Below, in pieces: positions 11,848 through 25,544 of a stretch of 64,000 nucleotides of DNA (position 1 is its first letter; each line of letters opens with the position of its first letter). Below the pieces are notes generated by a model, which worked only from the letters and a program-made list of their open reading frames with translations, did not search any database and was not told where the DNA came from. The DNA is from Octopus vulgaris (Eukaryota), in contig OX597833.1 in assembly GCA_951406725.2 (NCBI GenBank), positions 9,362,001 to 9,426,000 on the forward strand. The letters run 5' to 3'. The position numbers were made by a program, and so were the translations under genes.

Positions 11848-13325
11848 CTAGCAAGCCTCCCAGCCTTCAGCCTGGTCTGTATGATATATTCATAAGGCAC
11901 GTATAGGCATCTGCCATAATGCCCATTTTCCTTATAATAAAAAAAGTTGTTAATAATTATTTAAATAATGCATAACATAATTTTAGAAATTTATTCGGTA
12001 TATCTAAATACAGAAAGTAATATGGATAATAATGGGGAAATGTATTGCACGAAAATTATAAAACATTTACAGAACTTCGGAATATACAACGTTTCTAACT
12101 TTTTACTTTAGAGCATGTATGAAGAGTTTCTGTGGACTTCCTACTCTGGAACATTCTACATACAATTGACGATGTGAGAAACAACCCTATTCTAGATGGA
12201 GACTGACAACCTGCTGTGTTTGAGCCTGGGACTTGTTAATGGTCAAAGCATAATTGACTGTCAGTGGGAATTGCAATCGTTTGAAACGAAAGGCCACATC
12301 TGTTGGTATTCTAGGTATAAATACAATGTCTCCCTTAGCACATCCAGTGAGAATTTTTGCTTGGATAATGTGAGACTGTAGTTCAATCACAACCATACGT
12401 GTAGCATTGTACAATCTTGGCCGATCCAGGTTTCTGAGAAACACGATTGCACTATTCTTCAATTAATGGTTGTATGGCACTACACAAGACGTTTCCAGAC
12501 TGTTGAGGAATTCATCACGATAATGAACAGCATCATCTTTGTCAACAACTTAGTCGATAGATTTATGGATGTGGCTACCTGAACCCCACCTCTGACTCGT
12601 TCTTTTCCGCCTTACGTATTTTTTCTCTCGAGAGAAAAAGAGGTATAGGCAGTGAGAGAGAGAGGGGGGGATAGTAAAAGAGACAGAGACACAGAGAGGG
12701 ACATATAGACAGAGAGAAAGCAAGGGGTGCGGCATGTCACTTATTTTCCCTCTGTAACCACTTTCTCCGTCCGTCTCACGTGATTTTCTTTTTTGTCTCT
12801 AGAGAGAAAAAGTGATAGAAGTAGTGAGACACACACACAACCAGAGAGAGAGAGGGGGGAGATAGCGACATAGAGAGGGACATACAGACAGAGAGAAAGC
12901 AGAGGTCGGGCGGCGGCTTCAAAGGAATAAATGTAATGTATAAACTTGGAGGCTGTTTAGAGGTGGATTGAGTGAAGATAGGCAGAATATTGTTTCACTC
13001 TGTAAAAAGTATTATGGCAAAATAGACAGTAAGTGGATTGCTAGAAATAGGAGCCAACAGACCACCAACTCCAACCCGCTACTCCGTTTTCGGAAAATAA
13101 GTGTACTCTTACCTGCGGAACGGTCAAATTTATTTCAATGACACGAAATACGTGGAAATCTAGAAACAGGAGCCAATACACCACCAACTCGGCTCCTGCC
13201 CCCAATCTGTTTTCGGAAAATAAGTGCATAGTTATCTAGGGAATAGTCAAATGACAGGAAAACTCAGAAATATTATCAATTCTATTTAGTGTTTTCAGCG
13301 GTCAACGTAGAAACAAACTTTGCCT
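11848..13325 (-). mobile_element. Helitron deletion derivative with PIF1-family helicase C-terminal fragment
   Basis: ORF 12187-12462 has LRNLDRPRLYNATR, IPRIP and FKRLQFPLTVNYALTINKSQAQT; the minus-strand end has a GC hairpin then CTAG|T at 11851-11848; internal direct repeats at 12600-12910 and 13040-13230. Confidence 0.85.
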
Positions 13326-14172
13326 ACACACACACACACACATATATATACACATATATTTACATATATATATACATACATATATATATATATAATATAC
13401 ATATATATTTATACACACACACACATACATATATATTTATACACACATATATACATACATATGTGTGTGTGTATTGAAGTATGTATGAATGTAATCCAAG
13501 GCGTAAGACACAGAGATAAGGACAATCAGCCTCCAATGGAAGTGGTGGGGATTACACTGAAATTTGCAATCAACAGGATGAAGGAAGAATTCATAGACAC
13601 CTGTGCTGGAGAAGTGCTTCTATACTGAGGGTCCCGCAACCAAAGAGAGTTTTTAGGTTGCAATTGAGGTCAAGATAGAACAGGATCAGCATGCAACAGA
13701 GGCTGTGGATGCCACGGAATGCTGATGAGCAGAGAGCCATAGGAAAAGGCCAGTCTGGATATCAATGCAATGCAACTGCTCACTATAAAAAGGTGCTTAT
13801 CATGTGACCTGCTAATATTTAGAGAGAACTCCCCAGAAAAAAACTATTTTTCTGATAAAATAAGAACATTTCTGGATTATAATTTGGTTTGATACTAAAA
13901 TATCAGCTCTTGAGTCACATATGTAGCTTTGCATTTACAAAAAATATATTAAATTGTCATGGTCAAGTTCTATTTCTCCTGATACCAACAAGCTGACACA
14001 CACACACACACACACATGCACATCTATGTATGAATGTCTAGAAAGGATTATAATCCAAGCTGTGTTCTCATGAAGCACATCTGCATGTTCGCATTAATCA
14101 AATGTGTTTATACAGATGTGTTTTATTAGACAGAATTTGAAATTTCTGGGGAATTCTATTTGCAGAGTAATC

Positions 14173-14387
14173 ACATATCAAAACAAAAGCCTTGAAAATT
14201 TGGTATATTTTTAATTCAATGTTACATATGTTACAAAGGTAAACATGTAGAAAAACATGTATACAATTGTCTGTCCAGAGATCCTATGCATGTTTTGTCT
14301 ACATATAACTTTATAACTCCTATCTTGTATTGAGTGCAGAATGAATTAAAAATATACCAAATTTTCTAGTCTTCTGTTTTGGTATGT
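14173..14387. repeat. ~215-bp imperfect fold-back (MITE-like)
   Basis: aaaatttggtatatttttaattca is mirrored by tgaattaaaaatataccaaatttt; the pairing extends outward and inward. Confidence 0.8.
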
Positions 14388-14424
14388 ACAAATGTATGTA
14401 TTTATGTAGGTGTGTTTGTATATA

Positions 14425-17200
14425 TGGCATGGCTTGGCTTCACAAACGAAGATTAGGAAGGTAGTCCATGTTGTCTGCAGGCACGCTCATGACTGACAAG
14501 TCCGATGCGGGAAAGGCAGGTCCGTGAGCAGTGTCCACAGATGAAGGTAGCATCCGGTGTGGTGTCAGAGGCGGCTCGCACCTTCCTCCTGTGTCTCTTG
14601 TCTTTATGCACGTCTCTTCTGTGTTCTTCAAACTCGTTGACTGAGTTGAAGATCATGTGGCACCAAGCATCACGGTCTGCAGCCAGGTCTGTCCAGCATT
14701 GGTGGGCAAAATGACATGCGGTGAAAAACTTTTTGAGGTAGTCTTTGTAGCATTTCCTTGGGGGTGCATCTCTCACAGTGGCCAGTGGAGAGTTCATCAA
14801 ACAGGGCAATCTTAGGAAAGCAATGGTTCTCCAATCTGGAGACATGCCCTGTCCATCAGAGGTGGTACTTCAGTAGCATGGCTTCAATGCTGGGGATCTC
14901 AGCCTGCTCCAAAACTTTGTTTGTGACGAAGTCACTCCAGTGAATGTTGAGGATGGTGTAGAGACATCGCTGGTGGAAGCACTCGAGGAGATGGATGTGA
15001 CTGTGGTAGGTGACCCAGGTCTCCAAGCTGTAGAGGAGGGTGGTGAGAACCATGGCCAAGTAGACGCTGATCCTTGTCTTGTTCTTCAGGTTATTATTGT
15101 GCCAAACACGTCTGCACAATCTGCCAAAGGAGCTATTTGCCTTAGAGAGTCTATTGTCAATTTCCTTGTTGATCCTTGCATTGGATGAGATGATGCAACC
15201 CAGGTATGTGAACTGCTGTGTTGATTTCAGTTTGGTGCTGCAGATAGTGATGTGGGGTGGGCAGTACAACTCTTGGGGTGCAGGCTGGTGAAGTACCTCA
15301 GTCTTCTTGAAGCTGACCTCCAGGCCAAACCGCCACAAGGCATCCATAAAGCAGGACATGATGCACTGCAGAGCTCGCTCTGTGTGGGCGACAAGAGCAG
15401 TGTCATCCACGAAGAGAAGTTCTCAAATCAGCCTCTCCTGAGTCTTGGTGTGGGCTTGGAGGCGCCATAGATTGAAGAGGCTGCCATCAAGATGATACCT
15501 AACATACACCCTATCCCCATCCTCCAGATCTTCAGTTGTATACTTGAGCATCATGCTGAAGAAGATGCTGAAGAGAGTCGGTGCCAGGACACAACCCTGC
15601 TTCACTCCGTTGGAGATTGGGAAGGGCTCCGACAGGTCACCGTTGAGTCTGATCTGGCCACGCTGGATCACCATCTGTAGAAACCTGGTGAGACAGCCAA
15701 GTCATTCAAGGATGAGCCATAATCCTGTCCTGCTCACTGTGTCAACTGCTTTTGTGAGGTCGCCAAAAGTAGCACAGAGTCCCCTGTTTTGTTCTCAGCA
15801 CTTCTCCTGAAGTTGGTGGAGGGCAAACACCATATCCATCATGCCTCTGTTGGCTCTGAAACCACACTGGCTCTTGGGGAGGTTTTCTTCAGCGATGGTT
15901 GGTATGAGCCTGTTGACCAGGATCCTGACAAGTACTTTGCCAGTGATGGAGATAGGGTGATTCCCCAGTAGTTGGAGCAGTCAGACTTTTCACCCTTGTT
16001 TTTGTACAGGGTTATGATAATGGCGTCGTGAAGATTCTGTGACAGCTTGCTCTGCTCCCAGCAGCAGACAAGAGAATCATGGAGCTTGTCATGGAGCGTA
16101 GGATCTCCATTCTTCTAGATTTCTGGTGGGATGCCATCAACTCCAGCTGCTTTGTGACTTTTGAGTTGTCCTATGGCTTCGAGGGTGGGTGGTTCGTTGA
16201 GCTCCTCCTTGAGTGGAAGTTTAGGAACGCGATGGATGGCAGTGTCCTGTACGGTACGGTTAGCACTGAAGAGGCTTTGGAAGTTCTCGGACCAGTGAGC
16301 GAGGATGGAAGTGTTATTGGAGAGGAGGTCCTGTCCATCTGAACTGTGCAGGGGACTCTGGACCTGGTGGGTGGGGCCATACACTGCTTTCAGAGCCTCA
16401 TAGAAACTTCTATAGTCTCCAAGGTCAGCGCAAAGTTGGGTTCTCCATGCCAGGTGGTCCCACCATTCGTTCTATATTTCTCTGAGTTTGTGCTGTAGGG
16501 TGCTGCATGCACGTCGAAAGGTAGCTTTCTTTACAGGACAGGTTGGTTGTGCGAGGTGGGCCTGATGAGCTGCCCTCTTCCTTGCTAGTAATTCCTGGAT
16601 CTCCTTGTCATTATCATCGAACCAGTCCTTGTTTTTCTTCTTTGTGTGCCCAAGAACTTCCTCAGATGTCTTAAGGATGGCTGATTTCAAGTTCTCCCAC
16701 AAGATGTCTGGGGTGGTGTCATCAGTGCAAGGGGATTCTAGCTTTTGCTGCAGGTCTGCTTGGAACTTAACTTTCACTTCCTCCCGGCACAGGCTGCCGA
16801 CATTGAGTTTCTTTACGGGGTTACCTTTCTTCTTGGGTTTGGGTTTGAGCTGCAGTTTGAGCTTGCAGCAGACAAGGCGATGGTCAGTGTGGCACTCTGC
16901 ACTGGGCATCACTCTTGTGTGTAGAACATCTTTCAGGTCCCACTGGCACACAAACACATAATCAAGTAGATGCCAATGTTTGGACTGAGGATGCATCCAA
17001 GTTGTTTTCAGACGGTCTTTCTGTTGGAAGATTGTGTTGGTAATAGCAAGTTGGTGCTCTGTGCAGAACTCAAGTAGGAGGCGCCCATTGTCATTACAGC
17101 TACTAATGCTGTGTCTTCCAAGGACTCCTTTCCAAGCCTCGGAGTCCATCCCAACACTTGCGTTGAAGTCACCAAGGATCAGGACCTTGTCCTTTGCAGG
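14425..17200 (-). mobile_element. RTE/BovB-clade LINE (APE endonuclease, RT, C-terminal zinc finger), frameshifted
   Basis: Successive frames give LILGDFNA, TTWMHPQSKHWHLLDY, TDHRLV, KAAGVDGIPPE, GVKQGCVLAPTLF, (F)VDD, FTYLG and CGHCSRTCLSRIGLVSH; tail cttcgtttgtgaagccaagcca. Confidence 0.93.
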
Positions 17201-17379
17201 GAAACATTACCAACGGGCCACTCAGACTGCATCATATCCATGCACCTACCACTGGAGAGCAAACAACATCTCATGCTCTTCAGTGTTTATGCTCCAACTC
17301 TAATGGACAAAGTCAGCTTCTATTCTGATCTGCGCAGACTCTTGAACAACACTCCTGCAAACGACAAGGTCCTGATCCT
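17201..17379 (+). mobile_element. Inverted 5' segment of the same RTE LINE
   Basis: Plus strand encodes the upstream endonuclease part (LFSVYAPTL...FYSDLRRLLNNTPANDKVLIL) and overlaps the minus-strand body by ~26 nt. Confidence 0.85.
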
Positions 17380-19924
17380 ATATAAGTGTGGATATGTGTA
17401 TGTATAAATTGAATGTTAATCAGAATTTCTGAGTCTCAGTTGTTCAATTAGTGTGAAAATGATTGAGTATTCCATAGATACATGAACCCTTACCATAACT
17501 GGGAGCAAGACTCAGTGAGAGTCATAAGTAGTGGAGTATGACTCAGAGTCTGAAAGATTGAAAGAAGAAATTTCAGATACTGAAACAAAACCTTGAATCG
17601 AGAGGTGTTAGGGTTAGGGAAGACTAAGAAGACTAAGAAGAAATAGACAATCAAAAAACAATAAAAATAAATAATGTCTGTGTGAGTATGCGTGGAGGGG
17701 GGGGGGCAGGGAGTTTAGAATTTCCTTTGTAACCATTTGATTTTGGGGTGTAACATGTGTGTAACCATGGAGCAAATGTCTTCTAACATAGCTTTTGGTT
17801 GACCAATATCTTGGGAGTGAAATTTAGTAGATGGAAACTGGATAGAAGCTTGTAGTGTGTGGGTGTGTGAATGTATGTACCTCTCTCTCTCTCTCTTTCT
17901 ATACATCATCGTTTTTCAATGCATGTATGCGTTAGAAGGAATTCATTGAAGCAAATTGTATGTGGCCAGATGCCTTTCCTGTGACCAACCCTTTCTTGAT
18001 ACAAAGCAACACAATACCTCTCCATGCTTGGACAGGTTTCATTGGACTTTGAAAATGAACAACACTACATATATGAGACACTGACACTTATTTGCAACTA
18101 CTAGGTGACGTCAAGACAAAGGTGTACACACACACACACACACACACATTGGCACAAGTGTAGTTGTGTGGTAAGAGGTTTTCTACCTAACCACATGTTT
18201 ATGGGTTCAGTCCTCACTGACTAACAACCTGAGGTTCACAACCCTCTGTTTAACCCTGCTTTCTTTGTGTCTTCCACATTTTAAAAGGATGTTAACTGAT
18301 GAATGACATGGTTTATGTTCTCCATCCTTCAGTGATGTCATTTCTAGACACAGTTAGGATATATTCTCAGTCCTACTGCCTGGGTTTAAATATAATACAT
18401 AACTAAAACAGTGAAACTCATTGCATATATTGAGCCTAAAAATCTATAATGACATTCCATGGTGACCTCCCTCCCATATCTGTCTGTCTGTTCATCCATC
18501 CAGCCAGCTGTCCAGCTGTTCGTCTGTCTGTCTATGTATATAAGATATCACCAGAATAGTATTTCTCCTCATGGTGGCTCCATGTATAATACTGACAAAG
18601 ACCCAGCTAAATGTATGGCGTTCCCTATGTGGAGTTCTTCATAAGGGCCAGATCTGTTTATTAGTTTGGTTTGGAAGAAGAAGTAGAACCCACAACCTCT
18701 GTAAGTTTTCAAACCTGGAAAGATCGTTATTGTTAATTTTTGCATTTAAAGTATTGCAAGAAAACAACTAAAGGACTGTCCTGTGCAGGTTGGTCCCATG
18801 TGATTCCAGAGGATTAATTGATGGAGAAGAATGGCAATGGGGTCAAGCATAAGGCCTGGTCAGTCCTCTACAAGTACAACCCATAGATACAGGATTGTGT
18901 TGCCATTATGCACAACTTTGACAACATCTGAAGCAGCTTGACCAATGGTCAAAATTTAATTAGCAACACATTTCATTCTCCTTCCATGCAAATTTTATCT
19001 TTCTCCAATCTTTTTTTTCCCTTGGAATCTTCCACTCCTTATCTCAGCCTGTTTTCCCCAACAAACATGGCAGAATTGGTAGAACATCAGATTAAATGCT
19101 TGTAATTTGTCCAGGCTCTTTGCATACCAAGATCAATTTTGACATTGATCCTTTCGGGGAAAGTAAATAAACAGCAGCCCAAAGCAATGAAACAGGGACT
19201 GGTGGGATCATTTGAGGGTCGCATAGCATGCCTTGTGGTATTCATTCCATCTGTTTTTATTCTAAGATTCACTCTAGATCATTATTACAGTAATAACTTT
19301 GTCATGGGTGAACTAAAAAAAAAATCCTCCGAAAGTCCCCAAATTCAAAAGAATTTACGTCCTCATTGGTTAGGAACAGTCTAGGGTCACAAAGGGCTAA
19401 ATAAATAAAGATGATGACGATGATGTTGATGGTGATGATGTTGTTGATAAGGAAGTGGTGAAAATTAAAACCCGTCGGGGCCTCTTTTTTCAGTCAGAAC
19501 GTCCAGCGGTTAGGCTTTGCTCTGCAAGGCCATTAGCGGTGGTGGTTTTCGACCGTTTCTGTCCAATTCATCGTCTTCGACATTAGGAGTTACTACATAG
19601 CTGCTCGACCTGCTAGAAATAGTAGCTAAATCTCTCACAGCCTCTTAAAAAGAAAACACATTAAATAATGTGGTCCAACCTTTGGAATTGGCAAGGGGGA
19701 AATTTCGCTGATGTTTCTAGCAAATCACTTGACCGTGTGGAGGCTCGCTGTTGTTAGTGACCAACACTATCGAATGATGAAACAGCTGAAGTAAAAAGAA
19801 ATGTATTAAAATAGTATGGTTATACATTGTTTAACCCTAGGTCAGTCCAGCCAACAGCATTATGAAGAAAGGCGTTCCAACCATAGCAATCTCATCCAAT
19901 GTGTTTATGTTGTATACAGTAGGA

Positions 19925-20375
19925 TACGAGTCACCAAAATTTTTTCCCCGACGGGTCAGATAGAGAACGACGTGCGCGGGTCGCATAGTTTGTTTGCTAC
20001 AACACAGGGAATACACAAAAAATAAGGACAACAAACATATTTATTTACCAAAAAAAAAAAAAGCTATCAAAGAAGGCGACGTTAGCAATAATTATATCTC
20101 ACCCAGTGCGCACATATCCGAATCTCACAAACTAAGCATCAAAAAACGTTAGAGAGATTTGTGAAACAGGTGTTTAGCTTTTAAGATATCATCAATATTT
20201 GCTTTGGAATTGCTGCATCCAACCAAGAGAATTGCTTTCAAATGTTCATCAGTCAACCTCGTTCAATGTGCTGCCTTCACATCAGTTTTGAAAATGTTTG
20301 CTCACAGGTATAAGTTTCCAGAGCGGCGGCTGACCGGATGAACTGACCTCGAGGGCCGTAGTTTGGTAACCCCTG
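19925..20375 (-). mobile_element. hAT (Charlie-like) deletion derivative
   Basis: Minus strand gives a frameshifted dimerisation-domain motif (EQTFS...TRLTDEHLKAIL); right end gggccgtagtttggtaacccctg is typical of hAT termini. Confidence 0.65.
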
Positions 20376-20615
20376 CAGTAGGATATCATCTAGAAGGAGA
20401 ATTGGCTGTTATATCTACCAGATTAAGGGATCACAAACACCCTAACAGGTGTCCAGTTGTGTAGTTCAACAAAGGTAGAAGATTTGGGGAAGTTGAGGGG
20501 TTGTGGCGGTCATGCACTTTTGGGGCAAGTTTTCGGTGAATGCGTGGAAAAATTGGTCTCATTTTACCTAGAGAACCTAAAAGAAAACCAACAAAGATGA
20601 ACTTCCTTCTCATAC

Positions 20616-20640
20616 TTGAAAGTTTAAAAAAATTAAACAT
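20616..20640 (-). CDS. Candidate alternative first coding exon (MFNFFKLS + 1 nt)
   Basis: ATG at 20640, 8 codons + A, donor GTATGA from 20615 (phase 1); a unique CpG-enriched region lies upstream. Confidence 0.4.
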
Positions 20641-20919
20641 AAGTTGGACTCAACAAAAGATAAAAATAGAGAAAATGAAAATAAGTTTGTGAGAAATAAA
20701 TGTTAATAATTATTTATTTAAACGAATGTACTTTAAAGAAGCCACAGCTACACAAGAGGTTTTGTTGTGAAAACTTAGGGTTTAGCCATCCAAAACTGGA
20801 AAACAGGTTGTGGAATTAGTTTAATAGTAATTTACAGAGGTGAAGAAAAGAACACACACACACACACGTGTGTGTGTGTGTGACAGACAACCTAGTTTTA
20901 TTATTCGCTCTAGTCCAGA

Positions 20920-21005
20920 ATACAATCACCTAGTTTTCGTTCCAGCGAGGAAACGCACGCACACGCACAAGTTAAGAATCACACGCTAATACATTCTATA
21001 CATAG

Positions 21006-21048
<43 letters not shown>

Positions 21049-21468
21049 ACTCATTTTATTCAAAGTATTTACTTTTATTTTACATACTTGATACGCAAAA
21101 CGCACGCTTAACTAAGGTACACATACATACGCACACTCTTTCACATACACATACACACACCATAAATTTCACACAAATACGCGCGCGTGCGCAGCGAACA
21201 ACGTAAAAGTACATTTGGCTTCGGCGCTCCCCCCACCACTGCTGGCCCAGTAACTGGCATTTAATAACAGTTTTTCCCTCACGCTTTCACACTCACCATA
21301 CTCCCCCTCTGTTTACTCCTCATTCTGCCTTCTCCTCTATTCTCAAATGCCTCTAAACACCATCACCACCACCACCACTACCACGATTTCTCCGCCTCTC
21401 TTTCTCTTTTCCTCCCACTCTCTCATACTAATACACGCAACTAGACAAAATTAGTGCGCGCGTGTCTA

Positions 21469-21470
<2 letters not shown>
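20920..21470 (-). promoter_or_regulatory. Putative promoter/5' UTR island
   Basis: Non-transposon sequence with CpG clusters (acgcgcgcgtgcgcagcg, ttcggcgct, gtgcgcgcgt) upstream of the 20640 ATG exon. Confidence 0.35.
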
Positions 21471-21519
<49 letters not shown>

Positions 21520-22059
21520 GTCTGTCTGTCTCTCTGTCTGTCTGTCTAACTTTCTATCTATTTATCAGTCTATCTATCTCTCTCTCTCTCACTCTCGCTA
21601 TCTATCTACCTGTCCCTCTGTCTGTCTGTCTGTCTATAGAGAGAGAGAGAGAGACTGACAGATAGAAATAGAAACAGTAAGATTAACATTCGTGGCGGTG
21701 GTAATTGTTGATAATTTTGTTATGGTGGTAGTTGTTGAATACGAAATGGTTGTGATAGTGGCGATGGTGAAGTCGTGTCAGTAGTGCTGGTGGTTTTGGT
21801 GTTGGTTGTGGTAGAAGTGGTTGTTGTGTTAGTGGTGGTGCTGGTGGTAGCGGTGTTCATGGCAATAGGGAAACATGCACAAAACAAAATCGATATTTTT
21901 TTCATTTTATTTTCTCCATAATTTGAAGAAATCTACGGGTTTTTTGTGGAACTGACTGGGCTTGGTTAGAGTTTTGGTAAAGTTCCTGTTGATTTGATGG
22001 AGGACTGTAACCTCTTGGTAGAGAGTAGGAATAAATGCAGGGGTCAGGTGGATTGATGA

Positions 22060-22145
<86 letters not shown>

Positions 22146-22899
22146 AGAGAGAGTGTAGTTATCGTCATGATCGTGATCATCACATCATTTAACGTCCGTT
22201 TTCCATACTGCATGGACTGAATGGTTCGACAGGCACCAGTAAGGTAGAAGACTGACCCAAACTCTGCTGTCTGCTTTAATATGGTTTCTATAGCTCAATG
22301 CCCTTCCTAACACCAATCTCTTTACAGTGTACACTGAGTGCTTTTTATGAGGTACCAGCGTCAATGAGATGCCAAATAACTTATAAGACAAGATCCTCCA
22401 ACTGAGAGATTTTCTCTTATATGAGAAACAAATTACTGTTGTACAAAAACAATAACAGTTTATCTCTCTTTGACTGAGTTCACCATGCTACCTATCTCTG
22501 TTGTGGTCATAAGAACTAAAAGGCATGTAGTAACAAATTGTAATAATAATAATGGTTACCTGTGCAGATAGTCAGGTTATTCAGGAAGGTGTAATCCTAG
22601 TACACAGACAGGATGCTGAACGCACTTTTGCCTAAGGACATAAAGCCAAACGGATAAGATGCCAAAAAGGCATATGAAAATTAAAATTTAATCTTGTTTA
22701 ATCTTAGGTACCAAATTGATGAATTGGTCCTTAAACTATGTAGGTAGGAATGTTTTTTTTTAATTATTGTGTCCGTTCAGCTCCTTGGCCTTGGTTTCTT
22801 GTCCTTTGGCAAAAATGCATTTGGCAACCTATCTGTGCACAGTAATTTCTAGTGACTAGTGCAGCAGTATCATAGTCAGCTGCTGTGAGGACAAGTGAG

Positions 22900-24130
22900 A
22901 TGTCTTAGATAGAAGTAATTATGGAGGCATCATATTGCTGGACCATGTGACAAAAGTTGTGGAGAGAGTTATGGCCCAATCGGGAACAGAATTAGACTAG
23001 ATGAAATGCAGATTGGCTTTGTCTGGGAAGAAGTACCACAAATACTATTTTCATAGTCAGGCAACTACAAGAAATATACTTAGCTAAGAACAAGCCATTT
23101 CATTTGGTATTTGTTAGCTAGAGAAAGCCTTCAACAAAGTGTCTTGCTCTGTGAGATGGTGGTCTCTTGTAGATGTATGGCTTATGAAAGCAGTACAGGC
23201 CATCCATGTACAGGGGTGCTGTTAGTAATGTAATAGTTGGCCATAGGTACAGTGATGAATTTAGTGTACAGGTAGGTGTCCACCAAGGGTTGTCCTCAGC
23301 CCCGCTCCTATTCATCATTGTTCTCCAAGACATATCAAAGGAATTTAAAACTGGAAGCCCATGAGAACTACTGTATGCTGACGATCTTGTCTTCATAGCA
23401 ACAGAATTAGAAAAGGTATTTCAGGTGTAGAAACAGAGTATGGAATCTAAGAATCTTAAAATAAACTAGCAAAGACCAAGGTCTGAGTAAGCAAAGAATT
23501 GGACAGGACTCTTCATCCATCAGGGAAATGGCTCTGTAGTAGGGGGTGTAGACCGAAACTCCATTCAGTGTACCCAGTGCAAGCTATGGACACACAAGAG
23601 GTGCAGTAGATTAGTAGTAAGGTTAACAGGGAAAGTAGTATTTGTATGTGGAAGATGTACGGAAGCCATAATGGCCATAAATACACAGGTGATTGATCTC
23701 CTTAAATGTCCCAGTGGCTCTCTGGAAGTTGTAGATAATTTCTGCTACCTGGGTGCCCTATTTAGCAGTAGAGGAGGTTATACGAAAAGTGTATACAAAC
23801 TGTGATGCTGCATGATAGTGCAATATGGACTCTGAATGCAGAAGACACGCAAAGGCTGGAGAGGAATGAAGCTGATCTGTTCTGCTGGATGTGCAATGTT
23901 AGTGTGCTTGTACAACAAAGCATTTGTGTATTGAGAGAGAAGCTGAGCACAAGAGGAATTAGATGCAGTGTGCCACGGAGGAGACTGTACTGGTTTGGTC
24001 ACTTAAAGTGGAAAGAATTTCAGGAAAAGACATGGGACAAAATATTGAAGGCTGATCTCAAAATGCTGAGCCTTACAAAGGAGATGAGAGAGGACTGAGA
24101 TATTTAGTGCATTGCTGTACTTGAGAAGAC
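22900..24130 (+). mobile_element. Decayed RTE-clade LINE (RT with an embedded Cys/His finger)
   Basis: GRSTTNTIFIVRQLQE, VGVHQG, LLYADDLV, CTQCKLWTHKRCS, FCYLG; followed by the RTE-type 3' UTR repeat. Confidence 0.8.
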
Positions 24131-24399
24131 CTGCCCACAACAGAATTGAGATTCTAAAACCAAGGCATAGAAAGGAATGGTATGGGTGCCGGTGCCACTT
24201 AAAAAGCACTGGTGATGGTGCCATGTAAAAAACACCCACTACATTCTGAAGTGGTTGGCATTAGGAAAAGCACCCAACCATAGAAACCAAGCCAAAACAG
24301 ATTATGGAATCTGGTGCAGACCCTGGTCTTCCCAATTCCTGTCAAGTTGTCCAACATATGTATATATATGAACTTTATGTTAGTAAAAATATACCATGT

Positions 24400-24625
24400 C
24401 CATATGATGTAGTGCAGGCCACTAACCCCAAGATTCCGAGTTTGATTCCAGGCAGTGATTTGAATAATAATAATAATAACATTGAAAAATACCTTAGGAA
24501 TGAGAACCCAGGTTCGAAATTTTCGCAACACACCTGATAAAAGCTGGAGGGTATATCAACCGAAACGTGTTAACAACAAACAAGATGAGGACAAATATCC
24601 ATCAAATGTAAATAACATAAATAAT
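24400..24625 (+). repeat. Short element with tRNA-like head and PLE-type tail containing a decayed hammerhead
   Basis: B-box-like gagtttgattcc at ~24438; CTGATAA...GAAAC at 24534-24566; tail shared with ~10230-10295. Confidence 0.55.
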
Positions 24626-24968
24626 GGACCTAAAGTCTGTTGATTCCTCATTACTGTTTCGTTGCATGTATACATGCATACATATGTACATATACACAAA
24701 CATATAGACATATACAGTTTACATTGAATATATTGTATAATTTATACAGTCTTTTTTTCCTCCACATGTTTATGTATTGAATATAGCTATTTCCCTGATA
24801 TTGACAGAATTCTGATTTTTCCTACTCACCAAAGCTTTGTATGTATATATTTATGAATGCATGTATTATAGACTATTTCATTATAAATATTCTGAAAACT
24901 CCTCACAGCCTTGGATTTGTTATCTCATTCTGTCTAATAAATATATGCATGTATTATGTATGTAAAGT

Positions 24969-25006
<38 letters not shown>

Positions 25007-25199
25007 TATTGAACATTTGTTTTCCATCTTTGCATGGGTTAGACATTTTGGCAGGAGCTAGCCAGCTTAAGAGCTGCCAGGGTTCCATGTATGATTAGAC
25101 ATGGTTTATACTGCTGCCCTTCCTAATGTCAACTATTTTACACAGTGCATTGGGGGTTACTTATTATGCAGTACCAGCATGGTGCTTTTACGTGGAAAC

Positions 25200-25460
25200 A
25201 GCACCCACTGTCCTCCAAATCTAGGTCCCTTGTCATCTTCTCTGTGAGGTTTAATGTCTGAAGATTCTTTCTCACCACTTTGTTCTACATCTTCCTGGGC
25301 CTATCCCTTCCTCAGGTTCCCTCCACAATTAGAGATTGGCACCTCTTGATGCAGCTCTCCTCATCCATACATATTACATGACCATATCAATGCAGTCTTC
25401 TCCCTTGCACACTACATCTCATGCCTCACATACCCAGTTTTTCTCTCAACTCATTTACAC
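25200..25460 (-). mobile_element. RTE LINE 3' coding fragment
   Basis: Minus strand WYGHV...SCIKRC...VEGT*GRDRPRKM; a related fragment lies at ~26560-26950(+). Confidence 0.6.
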
Positions 25461-25544
25461 TCTGTTGTATATGTGTATATATGTGTATATATATATATGT
25501 GTGTGTGTGTGTATGTGTGAGAGAGAGAGAGAGAGAGAAAGAGA

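Noticed and set aside
12187-12462. Host PIF1 helicase gene
   Set aside because: Intronless broken fragment adjoining a Helitron 3' end.
21720-21905. Mucin-like ORF MKKISILFCACF...TTSTTT
   Set aside because: Low-complexity (ACC/ACT)n tract with no convincing splice donor or domain; coding status unsupported.
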